DNA of 24,000 nt from Jiangella endophytica (lineage in GTDB: Bacteria > Actinomycetota > Actinomycetes > Jiangellales > Jiangellaceae), in assembly GCF_003427025.1 (NCBI RefSeq), contig NZ_QVAI01000019.1, positions 40,151 through 64,150 on the forward strand, given 5' to 3'. A program made the translations under genes and the position numbers. This document shows, piece after piece, positions 13,878 through 22,829 of the stretch (its first letter is position 1; each line of letters starts with the position of its first letter). The notes beneath the pieces were generated by a model. It ran no database searches, had not been told where the DNA came from, and saw nothing but the letters and a program-made list of their open reading frames with translations.

Positions 13878-14510
13878 TTGTTCACCACACGACGGGCGAC
13901 GGCCCCTGCGGTGGCCGCGGCGGTCGCGGTTGCCGTGTTGCTGACTGCTGCTTGCGGCGGGGACGGAGACCCCCAGCCCCCGCCTCCCACTGCGTCGACG
14001 ACCGAACCCGCCCTCACCGCGCCGCCGGCGCTCACCCCTGAGGAGCAGGCCGCGGCCGACATCGAGGCCACCTTCGAACAGCTCATCGCCGCCTGGGACG
14101 ACTTCAAAGCCAGCGCCAGCGACTACGGTGATGATGCTGCGGCTGACCCTGCCTGGAATTTTGCGCTTGTCGAGTTGAAGATGCGGATGCTGGATGATGC
14201 GCAGATCGCGTTCCTCAACAGCACAAACGCATTCCTGAGTTCTGAAATTGAACAGGTTGGCCAGACGGTGGTCGCGGCCCTTGATGTCCGCAGCATCGAG
14301 TTGAGTGATGGTGGTTCTGCCAGCGCCCAAGGCTACGCATGCCTGGATCTGAGTGGACTGACATTCGTGAATTACAGCGGAGCTTCGGCTGATCTTCCGA
14401 CCGAACCAAGCGCGTATCAGGAATGGACGTTTGTGAGCAGGCTGCTACCAGGTCGTGATGGCTGGTTCATGACGATGATCGACATAGAAGTGACCGAGGC
14501 GTGTCAGTGA
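13878..14510 (+). CDS. lipoprotein of unknown function
   Basis: TTG 13878 is preceded by AAGGAG (13866-13871, 6-nt spacing). The signal peptide plus lipobox is LFTTRRATAPAVAAAVAVAVLLTAAC-GGDG, followed by a Pro/Thr-rich linker. The 42 upstream codons of the track ORF (13752-13877) look non-coding. The 3' two-thirds of the gene lies in the low-GC patch. Confidence 0.7.
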   Translation: MFTTRRATAPAVAAAVAVAVLLTAACGGDGDPQPPPPTASTTEPALTAPPALTPEEQAAADIEATFEQLIAAWDDFKASASDYGDDAAADPAWNFALVELKMRMLDDAQIAFLNSTNAFLSSEIEQVGQTVVAALDVRSIELSDGGSASAQGYACLDLSGLTFVNYSGASADLPTEPSAYQEWTFVSRLLPGRDGWFMTMIDIEVTEACQ

Positions 14511-15463
14511 GCGCGTCCTCCGCATTTTCCATTGTGTATGCTCTCGCTGCTTGCTCTTGGGGCCTCAATTCGGTCGCGGGTGAAGCGGCTCCTTTGGCGG
14601 CCGTTGCTGGTTGTCCTCTCGGGTCAAGCTGGAACGGCGTGTTCTGCGTGCCCGATGAGGATGGCTCGGGCGACGAGATTGCGACTGATTGCCATCAAAG
14701 CGATCCGCTCGTTCTGAATGCGCCGTGCTTGGTCGGCGACTACCAGTTCCTGGCCGCGCCGTTCGACTGCTACATCGGAGACATATCAAGTGACGTTCCT
14801 GCCGATGATCCGCGATGGGAGGGGCACACGCCGGGCGATGGCTCTGTCTACCGATGCATCAAATTGACTGCCGTGGGAGACGGCGGCCAGCCGACGTGGG
14901 GATCGTATCGAGACTTTTGGGCGGCTGAGGCGCCAGGGGAGCAAACGCCGGTTGTCGTGGATCCGGAGGAGGTGGCGCGGCAGGTCCTCGAGGGCATGGC
15001 CTTCGAGCCGCTGGAGCTCGGGTTGGCGCCGCGTCCGCTGGAGCAAGCGTCCACCAGCATCGGGCTGGTCGGCGCGCCGGTGTGGATGTGGGTGACGAAC
15101 GCTGGGCCGACGACGTGGGGACCGGTGGAGGAGTCGGTCACGGTCGGCGGGGTGACGGTGACCGTGACGGCAGCGGTCGAGGGCGTCAGCTGGGACATGG
15201 GCGACGGCGGGAGGGTGATGTGCGAGACGCCCGGAGAGGCGTACCGGCAGGGCTTGGGCGTCCGGCCGTCGCCGAGTTGCGGGCATGTCTACGCACGGAC
15301 CAGCGCCGACCAGCCCGGCACCGCCTACGCCGTCACGGCGACGGCGAACTGGACGGCGACCTGGGATGCGTCGACGGGCGCGAGCGGGACGCTCGAGGCG
15401 CCGCAGCCGGCCAGCACCGCCCACGTCCGCATCGGAGAACGTCAGGTCATCGAGACCGGCTGA
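14501..15463 (+). CDS. secreted protein of unknown function with a Cys-rich N-terminal region and a PKD-like C-terminal domain
   Basis: The start is GTG 14501, or GTG 14507 giving a GTGA overlap with the lipoprotein stop. The N-terminus is hydrophobic (FSIVYALAACSWGL), followed by a region with 7 Cys. The C-terminal motif VSWDMGDGG...CGHVYARTS...GTAYAVTATANWTATW resembles the PKD signature WDFGDG...H.Y...G.Y.V.L. Confidence 0.6.
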   Translation: MSVSASSAFSIVYALAACSWGLNSVAGEAAPLAAVAGCPLGSSWNGVFCVPDEDGSGDEIATDCHQSDPLVLNAPCLVGDYQFLAAPFDCYIGDISSDVPADDPRWEGHTPGDGSVYRCIKLTAVGDGGQPTWGSYRDFWAAEAPGEQTPVVVDPEEVARQVLEGMAFEPLELGLAPRPLEQASTSIGLVGAPVWMWVTNAGPTTWGPVEESVTVGGVTVTVTAAVEGVSWDMGDGGRVMCETPGEAYRQGLGVRPSPSCGHVYARTSADQPGTAYAVTATANWTATWDASTGASGTLEAPQPASTAHVRIGERQVIETG

Positions 15464-15542
15464 ACCGCGAGCCGGCAGGCGCCGGACGGACAGCCGGACG
15501 CCACCCGCCCGGACCGGCTCGGCCCGGGGACGAAGACCACGC

Positions 15543-16379
15543 TCAGCGAGCGCTCACCACCTCGACGGAGCCGGCGCTGGAGAAGGCGCGGATCTCGTGG
15601 CGCGCGCCCGGCACCGAATCGACAGTGACGAGCTCGCTGCCGACCGCCGAATCGGTCTCGACGTCGTAGGTGGCGTCGCCGGGCAGAGACACCCGTACCG
15701 AGCCGGCGCTGGACTCCGCGTCCAACGAGCGCGGCGGCGACACCGCCTCGATCTCCACCTCACCCGCGCTCGACGTCACCTTGACGACGTCGGCATCCAG
15801 TCCGCTCACCCGGACGGAGCCGGCGTCGGAGTGGGCGGTCAGCGGGCCGCGATGGTCCGACACCTCGATCGAGCCGGCGTCCGAGTCGAGCCACGTCGCA
15901 CCGGACAGTCCCGACACGACCAGCGTCCCGGCGGACGCTTCGGCCGAGACGGAAGCCGACGACGGGACGGTGATCGTGACGTCGGACTCGCACCAGACGC
16001 CGAACAGGCCGGAGTCGCAGCCGCCGGTCACCCGGAGCACGCCGCCCGCCACCGAGTGCTCGATCCCGCCGTCGCGGCTCCAGCCGGACTTCACTGAGAA
16101 GTCCAGCCGGGTCTCTCCCGACGGCGACCCGACGATCTCGACGCGGCCCGAGGAGACGTCGATCTCGACGCGGTCGACCCGCTCAGCGACGGTCACCGAG
16201 TCCTGCGAGTGGGTGATCCACGACACCGCGGTCAGCCCGGCGAACGCCGCGGCGGCGATGCCGGCGAACGACAGACCCCGTCGCACCGGACGGCGACGAA
16301 CGCCCGGCCCTTCGGGCGCTTCCACGCCGGGCCCGCTCATCACCGGCCCGCTCACCGCCGGCGTCGTCTCGTTGGCCAT
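15543..16379 (-). CDS. DUF4097-type beta-strand-repeat protein, membrane anchored
   Basis: The N-terminal TM segment is LSFAGIAAAAFAGLTAV. It is followed by repeated SxAGS(V/I)xV units (DAGSIEVS, DAGSVRVS, SAGEVEIE, SAGSVRVS, SAGSVEVV), characteristic of DUF4097 / putative adhesin beta-helix proteins. Confidence 0.65.
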   Translation of the reverse strand: MANETTPAVSGPVMSGPGVEAPEGPGVRRRPVRRGLSFAGIAAAAFAGLTAVSWITHSQDSVTVAERVDRVEIDVSSGRVEIVGSPSGETRLDFSVKSGWSRDGGIEHSVAGGVLRVTGGCDSGLFGVWCESDVTITVPSSASVSAEASAGTLVVSGLSGATWLDSDAGSIEVSDHRGPLTAHSDAGSVRVSGLDADVVKVTSSAGEVEIEAVSPPRSLDAESSAGSVRVSLPGDATYDVETDSAVGSELVTVDSVPGARHEIRAFSSAGSVEVVSAR

Positions 16380-16385
16380 GGCTCA

Positions 16386-16391
16386 ACGCTA
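16386..16391 (-). promoter_or_regulatory. -10 box positioned for a leaderless DUF4097 mRNA
   Basis: On the minus strand: TAGCGT, 6 nt (TGAGCC), then ATG 16379. There is no SD sequence upstream of the ATG. Confidence 0.3.
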
Positions 16392-16506
16392 GAACCGAAT
16401 CGATCACCTGAGGCTCCGACTCGGTGACGATCGTCCCCTGATTCCCGGACCGGGGACCACCCTGACCACGAACGTCCGAAACGTCCCCCGACCAGGCCAA
16501 AGAACC

Positions 16507-17661
16507 CTAAGGTGTCAGCGTCAGCCGGAGGATCCGGTCATCGCCGGGACGGGCGTCGCCGCGGCCGTCGGTGTTGTTCGTCAGCACCCACAGCGTCCCG
16601 TCGGGCGCGACGACGGCGTCGCGCAGCCGCCCGTCGTCGGTCACGAAGGCCGCCGGCTCGCCCGCCGTCTCGCCGGAGACCGGCACCTGCCATAGCCGCT
16701 CGCCCCGCAGCGCCGCGACGAAGATCGTGTCGCGCACGTACGCGATCCCGCTCGGCGACGCCTCGGACGTCGGCCGCCACTCGACGACGGGATCGATGTA
16801 GTCGGGCGCGCCGCCGATGCCCTCGACGAACGGCCAGCCGTAGTTGCCGCCGGCCTGGATGAGGTTCAACTCGTCGGCCGACCGGTCGCCGAACTCCGAC
16901 GCCCACAGCCGGCCGTCGTCGTCGAACGCGAGACCCTCGACGTTGCGGTGCCCGTAGGACCAGATCGGCGATCCGTCGAACGGGTTGTCGCCGGGCACGT
17001 CGCCGCCGGGCGTGATCCGCAGGATCTTCCCGCCCAGGCTCCCGAGGTCCTGCGCGTCGTCCGGATCGCCGCTCTCGCCGGTCGAGATGTACAGCATGCC
17101 GTCAGGCCCGAACGCCAGCCGCCCGCCGTCGTGCCGCGTCCCCGCGGGTATGCCGTCGATGACCACCGATAACTCGCCCAGCGCGCCATCGGAGTACGTC
17201 GTCCGCTGCACGACGTTCTGCGACCCCATCGTCGCGTAGACGTAGAGATCCGTCGGCGACGCGGGGTCGAACGCGAGGCCGAGCAGCCCGCCCTCGCCGC
17301 TCCCGTCGACCCCGGGCACCGGCCCGACCGGCGTCACCGTCCCGGCCGCGTCGACCAGCACGATCGTCGCCTCGTCGCGCTGCGTCACCAGGGCCTGCCC
17401 GTCGCTGCCGGGCACGAACGCGATGCTCCACGGGGCGGCCAGCCCGGTCACGATCTCCTCCGCCGCTGACGGCGTGACGGGTCCGGGCTGCGCGGCGGGT
17501 GTCGACGGCGACGGCGTCACCGGTGTCAGCGACGGCGACGGTGACGAGGACGCGGACGAGGAGGGGGACGGCGACGAGCCCTCGTCCGACCCCGACTCCG
17601 AGCAGGACGCGCCCGCCACGGCCAGCGCCGCGACCACCACGATCATCCGCCGGATGGACAC
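16507..17661 (-). CDS. PQQ-dependent sugar dehydrogenase (soluble aldose/sorbosone dehydrogenase, YliI-like) lipoprotein
   Basis: The signal plus lipobox is MIVVVAALAVAGASC, followed by a Ser/Pro linker. The beta-propeller motifs are HDGGRLAFGPDGMLYISTGE, GKILRITPGG, YGHRNVEGLAFD and ELNLIQAGGNYGWP. The start is GTG 17661 (ATG 17646 is an alternative). Confidence 0.85.
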   Translation of the reverse strand: MSIRRMIVVVAALAVAGASCSESGSDEGSSPSPSSSASSSPSPSLTPVTPSPSTPAAQPGPVTPSAAEEIVTGLAAPWSIAFVPGSDGQALVTQRDEATIVLVDAAGTVTPVGPVPGVDGSGEGGLLGLAFDPASPTDLYVYATMGSQNVVQRTTYSDGALGELSVVIDGIPAGTRHDGGRLAFGPDGMLYISTGESGDPDDAQDLGSLGGKILRITPGGDVPGDNPFDGSPIWSYGHRNVEGLAFDDDGRLWASEFGDRSADELNLIQAGGNYGWPFVEGIGGAPDYIDPVVEWRPTSEASPSGIAYVRDTIFVAALRGERLWQVPVSGETAGEPAAFVTDDGRLRDAVVAPDGTLWVLTNNTDGRGDARPGDDRILRLTLTP

Positions 17662-17702
17662 CGCCCCATCGTGTCACGCACGCAGCGGTAGGTTCGAGGA
17701 CC

Positions 17703-18662
17703 ATGGTGGACGTCCTCATCCCGTTCCCCGCCGACTCATTGGCGCTGCCGCCCGGGCTCGACGTGCACGTCTGGGCCGGCGAACTCACCACGAGCACGGG
17801 ACCCGACATGTTGACCAGTGCCGACACGACGGACATCCCGTCGCAGGACGTGCTGGACCGGATCGAGTACTACGTCATCCCGTACGGCTTCTCGCCGGCC
17901 GCCGTCGACCTCATCGAGCGGTTGCCCAAGCTGCGTGCCCTCCAGACGCTCACCGCGGGCTACGAGCACGTCCTGCCCCACGTGCGCGACGGGCTCACGC
18001 TCTGCAACGCGCGCGGCGTGCACGACGCCAGCACCGCCGAGCTCGCGGTCACACTGACGCTGGCGACGCTGCGCGGCATCCCCGCGTTCGTCCGGGCCGC
18101 GCCGACGGGCGAGTGGCTGCAGGGCTGGTACGACTCGCTGGCCGACCGGACGGTGCTCATCGTCGGATACGGCGCGATCGGCCGGGCGATCGAGGCGCGG
18201 CTGCAGCCGTTCGAGTGCGACGTGCTCAAGGTCGCCCGCACGGCGCGCGAGGGCGTCGCCGGCTTCGACGCGCTGCCGGAGCTGCTCGGCCGGGCCGACG
18301 TGGTCATCCTCATCCTGCCGCTGACCGACGAGACGCGCGGCATGGTCGACGCGGGCTTCCTGGGCCGGATGCGCGACGGCGCGGTGCTGGTCAACGTCGC
18401 CCGCGGGCCGATCGTCGACACCGACGCGCTGGTCGCCGAGGTCGGGACGGGCCGCATCCGCGCCGCCGTCGACGTCACCGACCCGGAGCCGCTGCCGCCC
18501 GGACACCCGCTGTGGACGCTGCCCGGCGCGCTGATCTCGCCGCACGTCGGCGGCCTGTCGTCGGCGTTCCTGCCGCGGGCCAGGCGGCTGGTGCAGTCGC
18601 AGCTGACGCGGCTCGCGGCCGGCGAGCCGCTCGCGAACGTCGTCGTCGGCCCCGGAGCCTGA
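17703..18662 (+). CDS. D-isomer-specific 2-hydroxyacid dehydrogenase family protein (NAD-binding)
   Basis: ATG 17703 gives MVDVLIPFPAD.... The NAD motif is VLIVGYGAIGRAIEARL, and the catalytic-region motifs are LVNVARGPIVDTDAL, AAVDVTDPEPLP and ISPHVGG. The upstream 68 codons of the track ORF are antisense to the PQQ dehydrogenase gene. Confidence 0.85.
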   Translation: MVDVLIPFPADSLALPPGLDVHVWAGELTTSTGPDMLTSADTTDIPSQDVLDRIEYYVIPYGFSPAAVDLIERLPKLRALQTLTAGYEHVLPHVRDGLTLCNARGVHDASTAELAVTLTLATLRGIPAFVRAAPTGEWLQGWYDSLADRTVLIVGYGAIGRAIEARLQPFECDVLKVARTAREGVAGFDALPELLGRADVVILILPLTDETRGMVDAGFLGRMRDGAVLVNVARGPIVDTDALVAEVGTGRIRAAVDVTDPEPLPPGHPLWTLPGALISPHVGGLSSAFLPRARRLVQSQLTRLAAGEPLANVVVGPGA

Positions 18663-18698
18663 GAACCGGCGTAATCTGGCCGGCGGGAGGCGATCGCG

Positions 18699-19790
18699 AT
18701 GACTGACGTCCTGCTCGCCGTCGGCACGAAGAAGGGCCTCTGGCTGCTGCGCAGCGCCGACCGCCGGACGTGGTCGGTCGACGGGCCGCACTTCCTGATG
18801 CACTCGGTCGCCGCGTGCGCCGTCGACACGCGCGGTGGGCGCACCCGGCTGCTGGTCGGCGCGAGCAGCTCGCACTGGGGGCCGGGCGTCTCATGGTCCG
18901 ACGACCTCGGTGCGACGTGGACCGAGGCGGCCGACGGCAGCGGCATCCGGTTCCCGGCCGAGGCCGGCGCGTCCGTCGAGGCGGTGTGGCAGCTGCGGCC
19001 GGACACCGAGGCCCGGCCGGGCGTCGTCTGGGCCGGTTCGCAACCGTCGGCGCTCTGGCGCTCCGACGACGGCGGCGAGACGTTCGGGCTGGTCGAGTCG
19101 CTGTGGAACCACCCGCACCGGCCCACCTGGGAACCCGGGTTCGGGGGCCAGGCCATTCACACCGTCCTGCCGCACCCGGCCGACGACCGGCGCGTGCTCG
19201 TCGCGATGTCGACCGGCGGCGTCTACGTCACCGACGACGGCGCCGCCAGCTGGTCGCCGTCGAACACCGGTATCCGCACCGACTACCTGCCCGGCGAGCC
19301 GCCGGAGTACGGGCAGTGCGTCCACAAGGTGTCGCGCGACGCGGCCGACCCGGACCGCTTGTACGCGCAGAACCACGGCGGCGTCTACCGCTCCGGCGAC
19401 GGCGGCGCGACGTGGCAGCCGATCGACGGTGGGCTGCCGGCCGACTTCGGCTTCCCGATCGTCGCCCATCCGCGGCGCGGCTCGACCGCATGGGTGGCGC
19501 CGCTGATCGCCGACGGCGAGCGCACGCCGCCGGAGCGGCAGCTGCAGGTCTGGCGGACCGACGACGGCGGCGGCAGCTGGTCGCGGTCGGCGGACGGGCT
19601 GCCCGGCGGCTTCTACGGGGTCGTGCTGCGCGACGCGATGTGCGTGGACGACGCCGACGGCGCGGCCGGCGTGTACTTCGGGACCCGTGACGGCTCGGTC
19701 TACGCCAGCGCCGACGAGGGCGAGACGTGGACCGAGCTGATCCGGCACCTGCCCGACGTGCTCTGCGTCCGCGCCGCGACACTCGCCTGA
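18699..19790 (+). CDS. BNR/Asp-box repeat beta-propeller protein (sialidase-like / glycosyl hydrolase BNR repeat family)
   Basis: There are six SxDxGxTW-type Asp-boxes: SDDLGATW, SDDGGETF, TDDGAASW, SGDGGATW, TDDGGGSW, SADEGETW. It lacks an obvious signal peptide. Confidence 0.75.
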   Translation: MTDVLLAVGTKKGLWLLRSADRRTWSVDGPHFLMHSVAACAVDTRGGRTRLLVGASSSHWGPGVSWSDDLGATWTEAADGSGIRFPAEAGASVEAVWQLRPDTEARPGVVWAGSQPSALWRSDDGGETFGLVESLWNHPHRPTWEPGFGGQAIHTVLPHPADDRRVLVAMSTGGVYVTDDGAASWSPSNTGIRTDYLPGEPPEYGQCVHKVSRDAADPDRLYAQNHGGVYRSGDGGATWQPIDGGLPADFGFPIVAHPRRGSTAWVAPLIADGERTPPERQLQVWRTDDGGGSWSRSADGLPGGFYGVVLRDAMCVDDADGAAGVYFGTRDGSVYASADEGETWTELIRHLPDVLCVRAATLA

Positions 19791-19821
19791 CCACGGCGAG
19801 GCGCGGCGGGGCCGAGGCGCG

Positions 19822-19887
19822 GCCGACGCACGGCCGTGCTGACGCGCGGCGGTGCCGACGCACGGCCGTGCTGACGCGCGGCGGTGC
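19822..19887. repeat. perfect 32-bp tandem duplication between convergent genes
   Basis: GCCGACGCACGGCCGTGCTGACGCGCGGCGGT occurs at 19822-19853 and again at 19854-19885 (plus GC). Each copy contains the 10-bp palindrome CACGGCCGTG. Confidence 0.9.
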
Positions 19888-19901
19888 TGAGACGCCGGGC
19901 G

Positions 19902-22034
19902 TCAGCTCAGCGGGACGGTGAGCGGGGCGAGCCCGGACGCCGCGGCGACCTGGACGCCGTCGACACTGACCCGCAGCCCGTGCTCGCGGTCGAACGCGAC
20001 GTCGACGGTGCGCCCGGCGACCCGCACGCCGCTCAGCGCGAACCACGTCAGCCCGATGTCGAGCGGGTCGACGGTGACGGCGTCGGGCCCGGCCTCCAGC
20101 CCGGCGACGTACCGGACCAGCAGGTCGATGACGTAGGAGTGCAGGTAGTCGACCTCGTCGCTGATCGGCTCGCCGGTCTCGCTGTTGTAATGCTCGACGA
20201 GGTATGGGGTGCGGCCGTCGCGCTGCTGGAAGTGCAGCAGCGCGTACGAGCGCAGCAGCCGGCCGAACTCGGCGTCGTAGCGATGCCCGAACCGCCGGCT
20301 GGTCGCACCGAGGCCGTCGATGACCACGCTGTTCGTGTAGGGCCAGGTCGGGCCGTTCCAGGAGCAGCCGTTGCGGCCCTTGACGAACACGCCGCGCCAG
20401 TCGCCGGCAGGGCTGTAGACGGGGGAGCCGGGCGCGGTGGACGGCAGCGGGGCTCCCGTGCCGAACAGCCGCAGTGCCTCCTCGAGACCGGGCAGGTGCT
20501 CGTCGCCGACGATGCCGGCCCAGTACGGATAGAACCCGACGACGTTGCGGACCATGGCCTTCTGGTCGGTGCCATGGTGCAGGTCGTAGAAGAACCCGGT
20601 GCCGGCGTCCCACTGCTTCGCCAGCACGTCGGCCGCCACGGCATCGGCGAGTGCGTCGAACTCGGCGTCTCCGCCGACATCGAGCAGTCGGCTCAGAGCC
20701 GCGACCCCGCGGGCGTTGCGGTAGTGGTAGATCGCGCGGTCGACCCGCTTCAGCGGGGTGTACCCGGACCGATCGCGGGGGTCGGCGGGGTAGTCGTGGA
20801 AGGCCCAGTAGCTGGGCTGGTACTCCTTGCCGGTCAGGATGTGCTCGGTCTCGATCGGCAGTTCGTCGCCGCCGGTGGCGAGCTTGCGCCGTTCGCCACG
20901 CACCTGTGCCGCCAGTGAGTCGCGCATCGCCGCCACGCCGTCGGCGTCGCGGTGCACCAGGGCGTACTGGTAGCTGGCCCAGCCAAGGAAGTTGGCGTAG
21001 GCGTGGAACTCGTCGGCGACCGTGCGGCTGCGGAACAGGCCGTCGTCGCCCTGAGCGGCACGCAGCGTGCGCCAGAGCCCGGCGCCGAGCGACGGGTCGG
21101 GGTGCCAGCGCGCCTCGAGCAGGTGCATCGGGCTGGACAGCGGGATGAGCTTGCTGAACTCCCAGCCGACCGGCTCCCACGGCGTCTTCGTCATCTTGTG
21201 CGCGCGGCCCTCGTAGAACAGCGCGTCGGGTAGCCCGCCGACGCCGGGGACGGCGAGGTTGTGCCGCAGCAGGAACCAGCGGTAAGCCCACGTGCGGGTC
21301 AGCACCGGATCGCTGCAGCTGAACGACGGGACGAGGTCGAACCACCGCTGGTAGCTCTGCTCCTGCCGATGAATGACGGGGTTGGGTGACACCTCGCCCG
21401 GGGTACTGCCGACGACAGCCGGGCGCCCGTCGCGCCCGTCTTCCGCGTCGGCCAGCACGCCGTCGAGCCGGCGCGCCAGGTCGTCGCGGCTCTCCGTCGC
21501 CGCGAGCCCGAGCGCCGCCGCGACGACCACCTCGAACCGTTCACCGGGGCCGACCGTGACGCCGTCCCACAGCGCCGGCTCCGACGACCGCACCAGCGCG
21601 AGCACCGTGAACCCGTGCCTCTCGACCGCCCGCGCGCCGAACCCGTCGGCGCCGATCCAGGACCGGTCGGTCTCGAGCCGCAGCGTCACCGGATCGGCGC
21701 TCCGGTTGGTCCACACCTGCCTCGACACCGCGCAGTCGTCCCAGGTGACGAACTTGTCCTCGGCGAACTCGACGCCATGAACCGAGACGGCCGACACCGT
21801 CAGCCGGCTCGGCCGCCAGTGGGCCTCCCACGGTTCCGGCAGGTCGGCGCCGGTCACGGTGAACAGCAGCGGGATGTTGAGCTTGTGCACGAGGTCGATC
21901 GCGCCGGCGAAGCCGGGCCGCTGCTCCAGGTAGTCGGCCCAGAGCCGCGCGCCGGTGGGGCCGAGCAGCAGCGTTCCGGGCCGGGTGCGCAGTCCGCGCC
22001 GCCCGGTGACCAGCGCGTCGTCGATCGACTCCAT
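19902..22034 (-). CDS. (alpha/alpha)6-barrel glycoside hydrolase, GH63/MGH1-like (clan GH-G)
   Basis: The 710-aa ORF has an N-terminal beta-sandwich region and a C-terminal catalytic region. Its motifs are typical of GH63/GH37-like enzymes: FFYDLHHGT, GFYPYWAGI, CSWNGPTWPYTNSVVIDGL, EHYNSETGEP. The family call is motif-level only. Confidence 0.65.
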   Translation of the reverse strand: MESIDDALVTGRRGLRTRPGTLLLGPTGARLWADYLEQRPGFAGAIDLVHKLNIPLLFTVTGADLPEPWEAHWRPSRLTVSAVSVHGVEFAEDKFVTWDDCAVSRQVWTNRSADPVTLRLETDRSWIGADGFGARAVERHGFTVLALVRSSEPALWDGVTVGPGERFEVVVAAALGLAATESRDDLARRLDGVLADAEDGRDGRPAVVGSTPGEVSPNPVIHRQEQSYQRWFDLVPSFSCSDPVLTRTWAYRWFLLRHNLAVPGVGGLPDALFYEGRAHKMTKTPWEPVGWEFSKLIPLSSPMHLLEARWHPDPSLGAGLWRTLRAAQGDDGLFRSRTVADEFHAYANFLGWASYQYALVHRDADGVAAMRDSLAAQVRGERRKLATGGDELPIETEHILTGKEYQPSYWAFHDYPADPRDRSGYTPLKRVDRAIYHYRNARGVAALSRLLDVGGDAEFDALADAVAADVLAKQWDAGTGFFYDLHHGTDQKAMVRNVVGFYPYWAGIVGDEHLPGLEEALRLFGTGAPLPSTAPGSPVYSPAGDWRGVFVKGRNGCSWNGPTWPYTNSVVIDGLGATSRRFGHRYDAEFGRLLRSYALLHFQQRDGRTPYLVEHYNSETGEPISDEVDYLHSYVIDLLVRYVAGLEAGPDAVTVDPLDIGLTWFALSGVRVAGRTVDVAFDREHGLRVSVDGVQVAAASGLAPLTVPLS

Positions 22035-22040
22035 GGAAGG

Positions 22041-22811
22041 TCAGCCCCGCGCCGCCGCCAGGTGCGCCGCCGCGGCCTGCTCGAGGTGCACGAGGTCGGA
22101 GCTGACCGTCGCGAACGTGAACCCCTGCCCCAGCCGCCGCTGCGCGGTCGCGCCGTCGGGGCAGTGGATGCCGGCCGCGACGCCCTGTGCCGACGCGGCC
22201 GCGGCGACCCGGCCGGCCGCGTCGTCGAGCTGATCGGCGACCGCCGGATCGGTGGACGACGCGCCGCCGAGCGCGAGCGTGAGGTCGGACGGCCCGACGT
22301 AGACGCCGTCGAGGCCGGGCGTCGCCGCGATGGCCTCGACATTCTCCAGCGCGGTCAGGGTCTCGATCATGACGACGCAGAGCACGTGCGCGTTGGCCTC
22401 GGCCGGCGCCGGCCCGATGCGCAGGCCGGCCCGCATGGGGCCGTAGCTGCGGCCGCCCTGCGGCGGGTAGCGGCAGGCCCGGACCGCCGCGGCCGCCTGC
22501 TCCGCGGTGTCGACCAGCGGGACGATGACGCCGTGCGCGCCGGCGTCGAGAGCCTGCCCGATGGAGGTGAGGTCGTTGGCCGGTACCCGGATCACGCCCG
22601 CGCTGTGCCCGCCCGCCTCGATCGCCAGCAGCGCCGCCAGCCAGCCCTTGTAGTCGATGAGGCCGTGCTGGGCGTCGACGCCGACGTAGTCGTAGCCGAG
22701 CCGGGCGATGCGCTCGGTGCCGATGGGGTTGTCGGTGGCGATCCAGTAGCCGATGGAGCGCTCGCGGCGGCGGATGCGCTCGACGGCGTCGAACGCGGCG
22801 GAGGTGGTCAC
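22041..22811 (-). CDS. HpcH/HpaI-family 2-keto-3-deoxy-acid aldolase
   Basis: The motifs are GYDYVGVDAQHG, VIRVPANDLTSIGQALDAGAHGVIVPLVDTAEQA, RYPPQGGRSYGP, MIET and GLDGVYVGPSDL. The start is GTG 22811 with GGAG upstream. Confidence 0.85.
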   Translation of the reverse strand: MTTSAAFDAVERIRRRERSIGYWIATDNPIGTERIARLGYDYVGVDAQHGLIDYKGWLAALLAIEAGGHSAGVIRVPANDLTSIGQALDAGAHGVIVPLVDTAEQAAAAVRACRYPPQGGRSYGPMRAGLRIGPAPAEANAHVLCVVMIETLTALENVEAIAATPGLDGVYVGPSDLTLALGGASSTDPAVADQLDDAAGRVAAAASAQGVAAGIHCPDGATAQRRLGQGFTFATVSSDLVHLEQAAAAHLAAARG

Positions 22812-22829
22812 AGGCGGTACTCCAGACTC

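Noticed and set aside
17423-19156. ORFs 17423..18706 (+), 17736..18875 (-), 17960..19156 (-) and 18770..19690 (+)
   Set aside because: These are shadow frames over the 2-hydroxyacid dehydrogenase and BNR-repeat genes. They have Arg/Pro/Gly-rich low-complexity translations.
11080-19887. Possibility that the tandem repeats (11080-11117, 12122-12149, 19822-19887) are CRISPR arrays
   Set aside because: Each consists of directly abutting repeat units with no unique spacers, and has only 2-5 copies. No cas genes are present.
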